Of a stretch of 64,000 nucleotides of DNA, positions 1-10,260 are shown piece after piece (position 1 is the first letter of the stretch; every line of letters starts with the position of its first letter). Both the position numbers and the translations under genes were made by a program. Below the pieces are notes generated by a model. The model saw only the letters and a list, made by a program, of their open reading frames with translations, was not told the DNA's origin and did no database searches. Source of the stretch: an uncultured Planctomycetota bacterium (GTDB taxonomy: Bacteria > Planctomycetota > Planctomycetia > Gemmatales > Gemmataceae); contig CAWKHF010000009.1 of NCBI GenBank assembly GCA_963849325.1, positions 224,001 through 288,000 of the forward strand, given 5' to 3'.

Positions 1-9
1 CAACGGTCA

Positions 10-261
10 TTATGGCCCGCCAACGGAAAAAATGACGGCCTCCTCCGGATAGGTGACTCCGGTTTGCACGATCAGAGCGAGGCTCGGTTCCTTGCCCAGG
101 GCCGTCAAACGATCGCGGAGTTGAGCAAAGTTGTCCGCGTCCGCAAGGATTTGGCCCTCCGAGATGGCCACAAACCGGCCGGCCCCGAAGGTCGGCGCGA
201 GCGTGTCCTTCAAGCGCTGATAGGCCGCGTGATTCACCGTGCGTTGTGTCAGTTCGTCCAT
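10..261 (-). CDS. Small hypothetical protein, DUF5678-like
   Basis: 83 aa with GRFVAISEGQILAD motif typical of DUF5678-like proteins. Its stop overlaps an ATG (8-10) of a downstream gene cut by the window edge. Confidence 0.5.
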   Translation of the reverse strand: MDELTQRTVNHAAYQRLKDTLAPTFGAGRFVAISEGQILADADNFAQLRDRLTALGKEPSLALIVQTGVTYPEEAVIFSVGGP

Positions 262-285
262 GGCGTTCTCCCCAACGAGACCGTT

Positions 286-1586
286 TCACCCCGCCGCGAC
301 CTCGGCCAGCGCCTCCCGCGCGGCGGCGATCGTCTGCTCGACGTGCTTGTCCGTGTGCAGCGCCGACAGGAACGCCGCCTCGAACTGGCTGCACGGCAAG
401 TACACGCCGCGATCCATCATCGCCCAGAAGAAGCGGGCGAACCGCGAGCGTGTCGGCTTGCCGGGCCGTGTCGTAATCGACCACCGGCCCGGCCGTGAAG
501 AACAGCGTCCACATGCTGCCGACTCGACCGATGCAGTGCGGCAGCCCGACCGCACGGGCGACCTCATCCAGCCCTCGGACCAACCGTTCGCCCAGTTCGT
601 CGAGTCGGGCATAGGGCGGATGGTCGCGCAGCTCCTGCAAGGTGGCGATGCCGGCGGCCATCGCCACCGGGTTGCCGGAGAGCGTGCCGGCCTGGAAGAC
701 CGGACCCGCCGGCATGACGTGCTTCATCACGTCCGCGCGTCCGCCGTAGGCGCCGACCGGCATCCCGCCGCCGACGACCTTGCCCAGCACCGTCAGGTCC
801 GGCATCTGCCGATACAACTGCTGCGCCCCGCCGTAGGCCAGGCGAAAGCCGGTCATTACCTCATCGTAGATCAGCAGCGCTCCGTGCTTCTCCGTCAGGC
901 GGCGCAGCTCGGCGAGGAACTCGTCGGACGGGCGCACCAGGCCCATGTTGCCGACGACGGGTTCGAGGATGACGCCGGCGATGCGATCGCCGTGGGCCGC
1001 GAAGGCGTCGGCCAGGCCCGACACGTCGTTGTAGCGGAGCACGAGCGTGTCGGCCGTGCAGCCGACCGGCACGCCGGGACTGTTGGGCACGCCCAGCGTG
1101 GTGGCGCTGGAGCCGGCCTGCACCAGCAGGCTATCGACGTGGCCGTGATAACAGCCGGCGAACTTGACGATCCCGTCGCGGCCGCGTGAAACCGCGCGCC
1201 AGGCGGATGGCGCTCATCGACGCCTCGGTGCCCGAGCTGACCAGGCGCACCATCTCGATCGACGGCACGGCATCGATAATCAGCTCGGCCAACTGCGATT
1301 CGGCCTCGGTCGGTGCGCCGAAGCTGGCGCCGCGCCGCATCGCTTCCTCGACGGCGTGGACCACGCGCGGGTGGGCATGGCCGAGGAGGAGCGGACCCCA
1401 CGAGGCGACGTAATCGAGATAGCGGTTGCCGTCGATGTCGTAGAGGTACGGGCCTTCGCCGCGGGCGATGAACAGCGGTTGGCCGCCGACGGCGCCGAAG
1501 GCCCGCGCCGGACTGTTGACGCCGCCGGGGATGAGACGACAGGCGCGTTGAAACGCTTCTCGACTGCGGACGCGCGGCGGCGGCAT
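286..1586 (-). CDS. hemL: Glutamate-1-semialdehyde 2,1-aminomutase (frameshifted, probably sequencing errors)
   Basis: [53 protein letters not shown] and C-terminal [11 protein letters not shown] are spread over several frames. Confidence 0.95.
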
Positions 1587-1617
1587 AACATGCTCCTCGA
1601 CAGCAAGGAAGGACGGC

Positions 1618-3528
1618 TCATGGCGGGCTTTTGAGACCCTTACGGGTATAAATAGCATCGCGCAGCTTACGGGCCTCCTCGACGAACGGCTTCAGGTTTT
1701 CGTCTTTGTCGTAGAGGACCAGGATGTCGAAGTAGGTCGGCAGTGCGTCGATGTCGCGCAACTCTTTGGCCTCATCGAGATGCTTCTGGACCAGCTCTTT
1801 GATTTCCTTCGTGTCCTGAGTTACGTCGCGCAGGTCGCGGCACTTCCAGGCCGCGTAGAGATGCCAGCCCTGCTGACTCGGTTCCTGCGCCGTATCTTCC
1901 TTGAGGGACGTCAAGCGCGTGCGGGCCTGGAGCTTATCGCCGAACTGCTCCGCTCGCCAGGCGAGAAACGCTCGCTGCCCCAGGGGATCGGACCAAGGCT
2001 TGTCCTCGCCGAAATCGTGAATGCGTTCCTTGTAGACCTTCTGGAACTGCGGATCGATCTGATCGAGCGCGCTCAGTTCGGCGAGGTGCTTCGCCGCTAC
2101 CAGACCCCAACTCCGCACACCGTCCTCCTGGACCTGCTTCCAGAGTTCGTCGGCCTTCTTTCGATTTCCCTCCTCTTCCGCTTCCGCCGCCTTGAAGGCG
2201 TTCTTCTCCGTATCGGTGTCCGGCGCGGCCAGGGGAGGCTTTTTGTCTCGCGCTCTTTGGATGTGTCGCTGCAGTATCCGCTCTTTCTCCGCCATGTCCA
2301 TTTGATCGGCCCAGGCGCGCACCTGTTTGCTCTGCTCGTCGGTTCGGTCGGAGTAGGAGTCGAGATATTTCTTGATCGGTCCCTCGCGGGCGCGCTGCTG
2401 GTCGTCGGGATTGCCGGTGTTCATCAACTGTTTCGCTTCCTGGTAGAGCCGGTCGGCCGAGGGCGGCCGGAACGCCAGGTACAGCAGTCCCGCCACGACG
2501 CCCAGCGCCAGCAGCAGCCCGAGCGCCTGAACCCACACTTTCTCATAGAACTTTTTCTTGGCCTGTTTTCGCTTCGCCCTTCCCTTGCCCGTCATCAAGG
2601 TACGGGCAGCGTCCTTGTCCTCGTCGTCCGGTCTCTTCTGACCGGGCGCGCGATCGATCAGACGGCGACGGACGGCCTCGACGCCGGCGCTCTGCTGCGC
2701 CTCGACCTTTTCCCGGATCGTGCCGAGCGTGGCGGTCACCATGCTGGCGTCGAGCGGCCGTTGCTCTGGCTTCTTTTCCATCAGCTGGCAAACCAGCGTA
2801 TCCAGCCACACGGGAATGTCGAGCACCTGCCGCGAAGGCCGCTCGAACGTGCCCTGGACGTGCTGCATGAACATTTCCATGGGGTTATCGGCCTGGAACG
2901 GCTTGTGGCCGGTCAGCAATTCGTAAAACAGTATACCGAGAGAATAGAGATCGGACTTGTTCGTCAAATCGGTCTGGCCCTTGCACTGCTCCGGCGACAT
3001 GTAGGCGGCGGTGCCGACCGTGCAATTGGTCGCCGTCAGCCCTTCAACGTCCATGTCCTTGGCGATGCCGAAGTCGGTCAACTTGAGGGTGCCGTCGGAC
3101 AGGACCATGATGTTGGACGGCTTCAGGTCGCGGTGGATGATGCCCTGCTCGTGGGCGTGCTGCAGCGCCGCGCACAATTGCTGGCCCAGCGCGACCACTT
3201 CCTCCCAGGTCATGCGTCCGCGGCGGGCCATGACCTTGTCGAGCGATTCGCCCTCGATGTACTCCATGGCGAAGTAGCGCGCCCCCTTGTGCTTGCCGGC
3301 GCCGTACAAGCGGACGATGTTGCGGTGGTTGAGCTGCTTGAGGATGGCGATTTCGCGCTCGAAGCGATCGGTGGCGGCCGCATTGGTCGAGCCGATGCCG
3401 GGAGCCATCACCTTGATGGCCATGATCTGCCCGGTCTTGGTGAATCGGCCGCGGTAGACGGTGCCCATCGCGCCGGAACCGAGTTCCTTGTCGATGGTGA
3501 ACGGTCCGAAGGATTGTCCGACCAGCAT
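1618..3528 (-). CDS. Membrane-anchored Ser/Thr protein kinase
   Basis: [21 protein letters not shown] and [10 protein letters not shown] motifs, one TM segment ([21 protein letters not shown]), then a helical extracytoplasmic domain. Confidence 0.95.
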   Translation of the reverse strand: MLVGQSFGPFTIDKELGSGAMGTVYRGRFTKTGQIMAIKVMAPGIGSTNAAATDRFEREIAILKQLNHRNIVRLYGAGKHKGARYFAMEYIEGESLDKVMARRGRMTWEEVVALGQQLCAALQHAHEQGIIHRDLKPSNIMVLSDGTLKLTDFGIAKDMDVEGLTATNCTVGTAAYMSPEQCKGQTDLTNKSDLYSLGILFYELLTGHKPFQADNPMEMFMQHVQGTFERPSRQVLDIPVWLDTLVCQLMEKKPEQRPLDASMVTATLGTIREKVEAQQSAGVEAVRRRLIDRAPGQKRPDDEDKDAARTLMTGKGRAKRKQAKKKFYEKVWVQALGLLLALGVVAGLLYLAFRPPSADRLYQEAKQLMNTGNPDDQQRAREGPIKKYLDSYSDRTDEQSKQVRAWADQMDMAEKERILQRHIQRARDKKPPLAAPDTDTEKNAFKAAEAEEEGNRKKADELWKQVQEDGVRSWGLVAAKHLAELSALDQIDPQFQKVYKERIHDFGEDKPWSDPLGQRAFLAWRAEQFGDKLQARTRLTSLKEDTAQEPSQQGWHLYAAWKCRDLRDVTQDTKEIKELVQKHLDEAKELRDIDALPTYFDILVLYDKDENLKPFVEEARKLRDAIYTRKGLKSPP

Positions 3529-3676
3529 GGCCTGCTCCGAAAAAACATCGAAATCCGAAAGGCCAATCCGGGCTCGACACGAGCCAGTACGTGCGCAAGG
3601 GCTTCGGCCAAGCAACGCCCGTCGGACCCGAAGGCGGGAGGGATGTCCGGCTCGAAGTGCGCGAAATCCAGAGTAG

Positions 3677-3874
3677 TCAGGCCGTCTTGTGCGCGGCGAG
3701 CAAGCGTCGAATCTCCGGCAGAAGGGTCGCTGGCACGATAACGACCGCCTGATCGCCGCCGGCGGCGGCCTCGTCGGCCGCGATCCACTCCTCTTCCGTC
3801 CGTGCGTCCAATTCGGCTAACAGGTGCTTGACTCGCTCCTCATCCCAGCCGGTGGGGAACCGCTGCTCGTTCAT
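3677..3874 (-). CDS. Small putative antitoxin
   Basis: MNEQRFPTGWDEERVKHLL...VIVPATLLPEIRRLLA; ATGA overlap with the upstream toxin-like gene. Confidence 0.65.
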   Translation of the reverse strand: MNEQRFPTGWDEERVKHLLAELDARTEEEWIAADEAAAGGDQAVVIVPATLLPEIRRLLAAHKTA

Positions 3875-4155
3875 CGTCCGCGTCTCCGTTGCCGCCGCCG
3901 GAAGGCTTGAAGTTGCTTGCCGGCCAGCGGGTAAGCCGTTACCACAAACATCCCCTCGCCCTCCTCGTCCGGGACGTAAATGACACGCAGATACCGGCCG
4001 GCCTCGGTTCGGCCGAGTGCTTGCCGCGAGCCACGAGAGGACGGGCCATCTTCGCCGGGATGGGCCAAGACCCATTCCGCCTCGGCCTCGGTTACGCCGT
4101 GGTCGTAGATATGGGGCAGCCCCGTCTCGGGATCGCGGTAGTACCGGACTTGCAT
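3871..4155 (-). CDS. BrnT/DUF4258-like putative toxin
   Basis: HIYDHGVTEAEAEWVL...ALGRTEAGRYLRVIY...VVTAYPL pattern. Confidence 0.7.
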   Translation of the reverse strand: MQVRYYRDPETGLPHIYDHGVTEAEAEWVLAHPGEDGPSSRGSRQALGRTEAGRYLRVIYVPDEEGEGMFVVTAYPLAGKQLQAFRRRQRRRGR

Positions 4156-4239
4156 TCCCGGTCCTCACCGTCAGGAGTTCAGAATAATTGTAGCCGGTCG
4201 ATCTTCGGCAACCAATATCGCGTCGGGCCTGACGGCCGT

Positions 4240-5268
4240 TTATTTCAGCCACAAAGCCACGTCGCGGGCGAAATACGTGAGGATCATGTCGGCACCGGCC
4301 CTCTTGATGCTGGTAAGGATTTCCAGGGCGACGCGGCGCTCGTCGATCCAGCCCTTTTGCGCCGCCGCCTTGACCAGGGCGAACTCGCCGCTGACGTTAT
4401 ACGCCGCCACGGGCACACCGAAACGATCCTTGACGCGGCGAATGATGTCGAGGTACGCCAGGGCCGGCTTGACCATCACGATGTCGGCGCCCTCGGCTAG
4501 GTCCAGCTCGACCTCGCGCAGCGCCTCGTCGCCGTTGGCGGGGTCCATCTGATAGCTGTTGCGGTCGCCGAACTGCGGCGGCGACTCGGCGGCGTCGCGG
4601 AAGGGGCCGTAAAAGCCGGAGGCGTACTTGGCCGAGTAGCTCATGATGGGCAGATGCGCGAAGCCGGCCGCGTCGAGGGCGGCGCGGAGGACGCCGACCA
4701 TGCCGTCGAGCATGCCGCTGGGAGCGACCAGGTCGGCGCCGGCTTGAGCGTGGCTGACGCACTGCTTCGCCAACAGCGGCAGCGTGGCGTCGTTATCGAG
4801 GTCGAGCCGACCCGTCGTCTCGCTCAGCACTCCGCAATGTCCGTGATCGGTGTACTCGCAGAAACATTCGTCCGTCATTAAGAGGGCACGGTCGCCGTAC
4901 TGCTTCCGCAGGGTGCGTAGAGACTGCTGTACGACGCCCTCGGGATCGAGGGCGCTGGAGCCGGTGGCGTCCTTGTGCGTCGGGATACCGAACAGGATAA
5001 AGGCACGGACGCCGAGGTCGAGGGACGTCCCGACTTCCTCCACGAGTCGATCGATGCTGAACTGATAATTGCCCGGCATCGAGGCGATTTCTTTCTTGAT
5101 GCCGTGACCGGGACGGACGAACAGCGGCAGAATGAGGTCCTCGACCGTCAGGGACGTTTCGCGGACGAGGCTGCGGATCAGTGGATGATGGCGCAGGCGC
5201 CTCGGCCGCACAGTGAGGGAAGGTTCCCTGGTGGGGCGTGGGTAGTCGGAAGGAGGATCCGTTGTCAT
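4240..5268 (-). CDS. hemB: Porphobilinogen synthase
   Basis: RPRRLR, Zn motif [42 protein letters not shown]. Alternative start at 5301. Confidence 0.97.
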   Translation of the reverse strand: MTTDPPSDYPRPTREPSLTVRPRRLRHHPLIRSLVRETSLTVEDLILPLFVRPGHGIKKEIASMPGNYQFSIDRLVEEVGTSLDLGVRAFILFGIPTHKDATGSSALDPEGVVQQSLRTLRKQYGDRALLMTDECFCEYTDHGHCGVLSETTGRLDLDNDATLPLLAKQCVSHAQAGADLVAPSGMLDGMVGVLRAALDAAGFAHLPIMSYSAKYASGFYGPFRDAAESPPQFGDRNSYQMDPANGDEALREVELDLAEGADIVMVKPALAYLDIIRRVKDRFGVPVAAYNVSGEFALVKAAAQKGWIDERRVALEILTSIKRAGADMILTYFARDVALWLK

Positions 5269-5297
5269 GCTCGAAATCCTCGTAGGCGGAAGCCGGT

Positions 5298-5696
5298 TCA
5301 TGGCCTCTTGGTAATTCCTTCCAACACTTTAATCGTCGGCTCCCAGACAGCCACGGCCGTCAGGAGGATGGCGATGACAGGCAGGACGGTCATGAGGCTC
5401 GACCACAGCACTCGGCCGCCCATTTTCCGCAAGCGTGAGTACACGGCGCCATCGATGACCAGAAAAGTGAGCACGACCAGCAGCGCGAAGGGCACGATCC
5501 CGTGCGTCAGAGAAATCACGAGTTCGGTCATTGACGGCAACTTCATGCCAAGATCCCGAAAGATTCTTTCACAGCGAGGTACGAAGAAGAACAATCCCAG
5601 CAGCCAGACGACCCACAGGGCCGCGTGAGCGGCCACGAGCAGGACCGTGGTGCGGTACGTTCGCCCGCCATCGACTGGTTCTCGTAAGTTGCTCAT
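5298..5696 (-). CDS. Small membrane protein with GspF/PilC-like segment
   Basis: Three hydrophobic helices; [23 protein letters not shown] resembles the T2SS-F periplasmic helix. Confidence 0.55.
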   Translation of the reverse strand: MSNLREPVDGGRTYRTTVLLVAAHAALWVVWLLGLFFFVPRCERIFRDLGMKLPSMTELVISLTHGIVPFALLVVLTFLVIDGAVYSRLRKMGGRVLWSSLMTVLPVIAILLTAVAVWEPTIKVLEGITKRP

Positions 5697-5723
5697 GAGT
5701 GCTTCCGGTTGATTGTCGGGGTA

Positions 5724-6897
5724 TCACCCCTGGTAAACGCGGTTCGCAGCGGCGACGCCGCCGCCGGGCTGCACCTTGACTCCCTGGCTCGCCAAACACT
5801 GCTCCAGCGCCCCTAAAAACAGCAGCACCACCTCCGGTCGGCTATTGAACCCCATCAAGCCGATGCGCCACGCCTTGCCCTTGAATTCGCCGAGACCGCC
5901 GCCAATCTCGATGCCGAACTCGCTCAGCAGTCGCTTGCGCACCACCAGGTCATCGACTCCGGCCGGGATGCGCACGGCGTTGAGTTGGGGGAGCTGATGG
6001 TTCTCGTTGGCGGTATACGTCAGGCCCAGAGCCTTCAACCCCGCCTTCAGCGCCTCGTGATTGCGTTGGTGCCGCGCCCAGCGCGCTCCAATCCCTCTTC
6101 CAGCACCAACCGCAATCCTTCGTAGAGGGCGTAGACCATCGTGATCGGCCCGGTGTGGTGGTAGAAGCGATCGCTGTCCCAGTAGTGCTCGACCAGGTTG
6201 ACGTCGAGATACCAACTCTGCACTTTGGTTTTGCGTTTGCTGAACACTTCGACGGCCCGCGGGCTGAACGACACCGGTGACAACCCCGGCGGACAGCTCA
6301 ACCCCTTCTGCGAACAACTGTAGACCGCATCAATCCCCAGCCCATCGAGGGCCAGCGGAATGCAGCCCAGCGACGTGACGGCATCAACGAGCAACAAGGT
6401 GTCGAATTCGTGACACAATTCGCCCAATCCTTCCAGCGGCTGCCATGCCCCCGTCGAGGTCTCCGCCTGCACGATGGCGAGCAGCTTGGGCCGTACTTTT
6501 TGCAGCACCTCGCGGAGTTGATTGCGGTCGAACACCTCGCCCCAGGGTCGTTCGAGTACCGTGACCTGCGCCCGGCGCGGCCGGCCACCTCGACCATGCG
6601 CTGGCCGAAGAAGCCCGCGACGCAGACGACGACGCCATCGCCCGGTTCGACCAGGTTGACGAAACAGGTCTCCATGCCGGCCATGCCGGTGGCGCTGACC
6701 GGAAACGTGACCGCGTTGTTCGTCCGGAACGCGGCCCGCAGCATCTCCTGGACGCGGTTCATGATCTCCAGAAACTGCGGATCGAGATGACCCAGGAGCG
6801 GCGTGGCCATGGCGCGGAGGACGCGCGGATGAGCGTCGCTGGGACCGGGACCGAGCAACAGACGCGGCGGCGGATTCAGTTGGCCAGGTAGGTTCAT
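5724..6897 (-). CDS. Alanine-glyoxylate/serine-pyruvate aminotransferase, class V PLP (frameshifted)
   Basis: LLLGPGPS, VQAETSTG, LVDAVTSLG, SQKGLSCPPG, WRIGLMG across three frames. Confidence 0.9.
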
Positions 6898-6951
6898 GGT
6901 TCTCGTTGTTGGGGACTCATGATTCGTGGCTCGCGATGTACGAACCACGAG

Positions 6952-7518
6952 TTATGACTGTTTCATCCGTTCCTGGATCAGCCGACTGACGGCCTTGAAC
7001 TGCGGATGGTCGGCGCCGCCAATCCACTCGAAGACGCACATCTCGCAGGTCGTGAGCACGGCGCCGGCCTGCTCGAGGCGGCGCACGGCAACGTCGTGAT
7101 CGATGCGGTAGCGCGAGCCGGCGGCATCGACGGCGACGTAGACGCGGAAATCCAGGGCCAGCAAATCGAGGGCAGTGTGCAGCACGCACACGTGCGTCTC
7201 GATGCCGCACAGCACCACCTTGGGCCGCGCCGCCCGGTGGAAGGTCTGCACGACGGCCGGAACGGCGCAACTACTGAAGGCGACCTTGTCCGGCCGCTGG
7301 GGCAACTTTTGGGCCAACTCCGCCACGGTGGCCCCCAGGCCGCGCGGATACTGCTCGGTACACTGGATGGGCATGTCGAGCAGACGGGCCGCATCGATCA
7401 GGAAGGCGATGTTGCGCACGAGGCGATCGGCGTCCACGATCTTCGGGACGAGTTTCTCCTGCACGTCGATGACGAGCAAGCCGGTGTCGCCGGCCGACAT
7501 TTGCGTCGCATGCGGCAT
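6952..7518 (-). CDS. Isochorismatase-family hydrolase
   Basis: LLVIDVQEKL, TEQYPRGLG, KVAFSSC, GIETHVCV. Confidence 0.92.
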   Translation of the reverse strand: MPHATQMSAGDTGLLVIDVQEKLVPKIVDADRLVRNIAFLIDAARLLDMPIQCTEQYPRGLGATVAELAQKLPQRPDKVAFSSCAVPAVVQTFHRAARPKVVLCGIETHVCVLHTALDLLALDFRVYVAVDAAGSRYRIDHDVAVRRLEQAGAVLTTCEMCVFEWIGGADHPQFKAVSRLIQERMKQS

Positions 7519-7597
7519 GATGCGTCCTCTACCCGTGCGGAAACCCCCTGTTCGGGATGCTACGGTGTACCACGGCGGGCGTCAAGGAAGCGGCGTG

Positions 7598-7623
7598 ACG
7601 AGGGCTTTCGGCCTCGTTTTTTC
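7598..7623 (+). terminator. Intrinsic-terminator-like hairpin upstream of darT fusion
   Basis: ACGAGGGC-TTTCG-GCCTCGT imperfect stem followed by a T run. Confidence 0.4.
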
Positions 7624-7671
7624 GCCTGCCAACTGCGGTGGTCTTCGTTGATGCACAGGAGGTAGAATACC

Positions 7672-8877
7672 ATGCAGGTACACGAGGGAGGACAGCGCAT
7701 GCGGAAGAAGGCCGAAATCAGCAGTCTGTTTTACATTACGCACGTCGAGAACCTTCCTTCGATTCTCCAGCGCGGCATCTTGTCGCACGCGCAGGTCGAG
7801 GCGAAGAATGTCCCCTACAAGGCGATTTACGACATCGGCATTGTCAACCACCGCAAGGAGAAGAAGACGTCCACCGGCAGAAGTTTGTGGGACTACGCCA
7901 ACGTCTTCCTCCAGCCGCGCAATCCGATGATGTACCGAGTGGTTCATGAAAAGAGTTGGAAGAACCTGGCCGTCGTCGCCGTTAAGCCTGACGTTCTGAA
8001 TGGGGTTGGCGTTCTGCTGACAGATGGGAACGCGGCAAATGGGCCGACTCGGGACTACTCAGTCTCCGAGGGACTGAAGGTCATTGAGAGTCAGTGGTCC
8101 GTGATCCAGGCCGAGTATTGGTGCTCGGATGACGGATCCAAGCGGAAGATCATGGCGGAGTGTCTCGTACCGGACATGATCCAGGTAGAGCACATCCACT
8201 CAATCTATGTGGCCGATCAGGAGACGAAAAAGCGGGCTGATGAACTCCTCGGTCTCTGCCGGGTACATGTTGTTCCTGAGCCGCACATGTTCTTCCGTCC
8301 CTTGTACGCTGTGCGCATTGGCTCAAACATCTCGCTAATCGACGGGGACATGTTCTTCTCCGACATGCAAGCGCTGACGGTTAGCGTCAACTTGCAGGGG
8401 ATCATGGGCAAGGGGTTGGCTTCGCGTGCCAAGTACCAGTTTCCCGATGTGTACGTTGTCTACCAAGATGCCTGCCGAGCAAGGCGGATTACGGCGACCA
8501 AACCTTACCTGTACAAACGCGAGGCCTCGCTCGACGAAGACCTTGCGGATTCTAGCACGCCGCTGGACACTCCGAACGCGGTGAAATGGTTCCTTCTCTT
8601 CGCAACCAAACGGAAGTGGCGGGACAACTCCCGCATTGAGGACATCGAGGCCGGCTTGGCTTGGTTCAAGGACCATTTTGCCACGGAAGGCGTACAATCA
8701 CTGGCCATACCCGCTCTCGGGTGCGGACTCGGAGGCCTCGATTGGGCGACCGTCGGTCCGATCATGTGCCGGTATCTCCACGACATCGACATTCCGGTGG
8801 CCATCTACCTTCCCCGCGAACGGGCTATTGCCCCAGAGTTCCTCACGGCGTCGTACCTGCTTGGTGGGAAAACGTAG
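7672..8877 (+). CDS. darT: DarT-family DNA ADP-ribosyltransferase (DUF4433) fused to a DarG/TARG1-class macrodomain
   Basis: N-half: FYITHVENLPSILQRGILS, DYANVFLQPRNPMMY, TDGNAA, IMAECLVP. C-half: GDMF, VNLQGIMGKGLA, FATKRKW, IPALGCGLGGLDW. One uninterrupted 401-aa ORF; alternative start 7699. Confidence 0.88.
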   Translation: MQVHEGGQRMRKKAEISSLFYITHVENLPSILQRGILSHAQVEAKNVPYKAIYDIGIVNHRKEKKTSTGRSLWDYANVFLQPRNPMMYRVVHEKSWKNLAVVAVKPDVLNGVGVLLTDGNAANGPTRDYSVSEGLKVIESQWSVIQAEYWCSDDGSKRKIMAECLVPDMIQVEHIHSIYVADQETKKRADELLGLCRVHVVPEPHMFFRPLYAVRIGSNISLIDGDMFFSDMQALTVSVNLQGIMGKGLASRAKYQFPDVYVVYQDACRARRITATKPYLYKREASLDEDLADSSTPLDTPNAVKWFLLFATKRKWRDNSRIEDIEAGLAWFKDHFATEGVQSLAIPALGCGLGGLDWATVGPIMCRYLHDIDIPVAIYLPRERAIAPEFLTASYLLGGKT

Positions 8878-8900
8878 TCCGTACCTGTCTTGCCCGTGTC

Positions 8901-9015
8901 GAAACGCCGGGCATGTCGCTGTCGTACCGCGTCGAGGACAAGATGCGGCTGAGCAAGGACAAGATGGCCGTGACGGTCAATCCGTCGCGGACGCTGGTCG
9001 GCATCCCGCCGGAGC
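8901..9015 (+). pseudogene. Remnant of a Type ISP restriction-modification enzyme C-terminal domain
   Basis: ETPGMSLSYRVEDKMRLSKDKMAVTVNPSRTLVGIPPE resembles the recalled 'VEKMRLSKDK...N..LTL.GIPPE' segment of Type ISP enzymes. Similarity ends abruptly on both sides. Confidence 0.6.
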
Positions 9016-9081
9016 ATTGTCATACCACCTGACGCCGCCTCACCGCAATAACCTCCACACATGCGGGAGCAGCGCCGCCGG

Positions 9082-9459
9082 TCATTCCAGCAATTTCTTG
9101 GCCTTCTTCGGATCGTCCACGGCGAAGGCAAGGTCCACGAGATCGCCGTCGAGGCCGACGACGTAGATGGCCTGCACGTTGACGTTGGCGTTGGCCAGCT
9201 TGCCAGCCACGTCTTCCAGTTCGCCGGCGCGGTTCTCCAGCATCACCGTCACCAACTCGCTCTCCTCGAAGGAAATGTGGCCCTCGTTGAGGGCGGCACG
9301 GGCGGCCTCGACGTTGTCGGCGATCAGCCGCAACATGCCTTTGTTGTCGATGACCATGGCGGACACCGATTTGAGATTGACGCCCTTGCGGGCCAGGGCG
9401 TGCGTGACGCGGGCCAGCTCGCCCGGCCGGTGCGTCAGGTGGATGGCGAAGTCGCGCAT
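9082..9459 (-). CDS. Tandem ACT-domain protein
   Basis: HRPGELARVTHALARKGVNL and NRAGELEDVAGKLANANVNV. Confidence 0.9.
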   Translation of the reverse strand: MRDFAIHLTHRPGELARVTHALARKGVNLKSVSAMVIDNKGMLRLIADNVEAARAALNEGHISFEESELVTVMLENRAGELEDVAGKLANANVNVQAIYVVGLDGDLVDLAFAVDDPKKAKKLLE

Positions 9460-9484
9460 GGGAACCTCCAGTGCGGATGGTGGA

Positions 9485-10243
9485 CTATTTCAGCTCCTTG
9501 ATGGCGATGTGGCGGAACTGCACCAGGGCGGGCGGCGACACCCATTTACCTTGTTTGGCATCCCAGGCGCCGTGGTGCTGCAAGGCGATCGGCCCTTGCT
9601 TGGGTACGCCGGGCAGCTGGGCGTTGGCGATGACTTCCTCGCCGTTGAGCTTCACCCATAAGCGATCGCCTTTCATGGTGATCTCGAACGTGTTCCACTC
9701 GCCGCGTGGCTTGTCCGCTCGTTTTTTCGGCGTGACGCCGGCGCGCACCTCGGCCGGCATTTTGCGATCGGTGCGGTAGCCCCACACTTCGCCGGAGCCG
9801 ACCGGCCACAGCCAGATGTTCACCTGGCTCTTGGATGAGCCGCGCAGGTAGATGCCCGAATCGACATCGTCGATCTCCACCGTCTCGGGCTTGCCGTCCG
9901 CTCCTTTTTTCGTCTCGCCGTCCGGCCCGATGACCGCGACCGCGTGCTTGACGCCCGCCTCCGTTTTCAGACGCCAATCGACGCGCAGCACGAAATCCTG
10001 AAACGACTTGTCGGTCCACAGCGCCTTGTCGCCTTTCGCCTCGCTACGGGCGTCGTAATCGATCACGCCATCTTTCACCTTCCAGTGGCCGTTGTCGCCC
10101 TCGGGCACCTTCCAGCCCATCAAGTCCTTGCCGTTGAATAGCGACGTGAAGCCTTCCGGCGTTCCCTTGTCGTCGGTGCGCAGGTTCGCGGCGAGCATCA
10201 CCGCGCCGGCGGCCAGAACCATCAACCCGTGCCGGTAACGCAT
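9485..10243 (-). CDS. DUF1080 (3-keto-disaccharide hydrolase-like) exported protein
   Basis: Signal peptide; LFNGKDLMGW, DSGIYLRG, GEWNTFEI, GPIALQHHG, FRHIAIKEL. Confidence 0.92.
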   Translation of the reverse strand: MRYRHGLMVLAAGAVMLAANLRTDDKGTPEGFTSLFNGKDLMGWKVPEGDNGHWKVKDGVIDYDARSEAKGDKALWTDKSFQDFVLRVDWRLKTEAGVKHAVAVIGPDGETKKGADGKPETVEIDDVDSGIYLRGSSKSQVNIWLWPVGSGEVWGYRTDRKMPAEVRAGVTPKKRADKPRGEWNTFEITMKGDRLWVKLNGEEVIANAQLPGVPKQGPIALQHHGAWDAKQGKWVSPPALVQFRHIAIKELK

Positions 10244-10260
10244 GAGTCCCTCCCTTCGTT

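Noticed and set aside
1780-3741. Long antisense ORFs (also 18541-19764, 26901-28388, 38562-39986 and others)
   Set aside because: Shadow frames of high-GC coding genes with no recognisable motifs.
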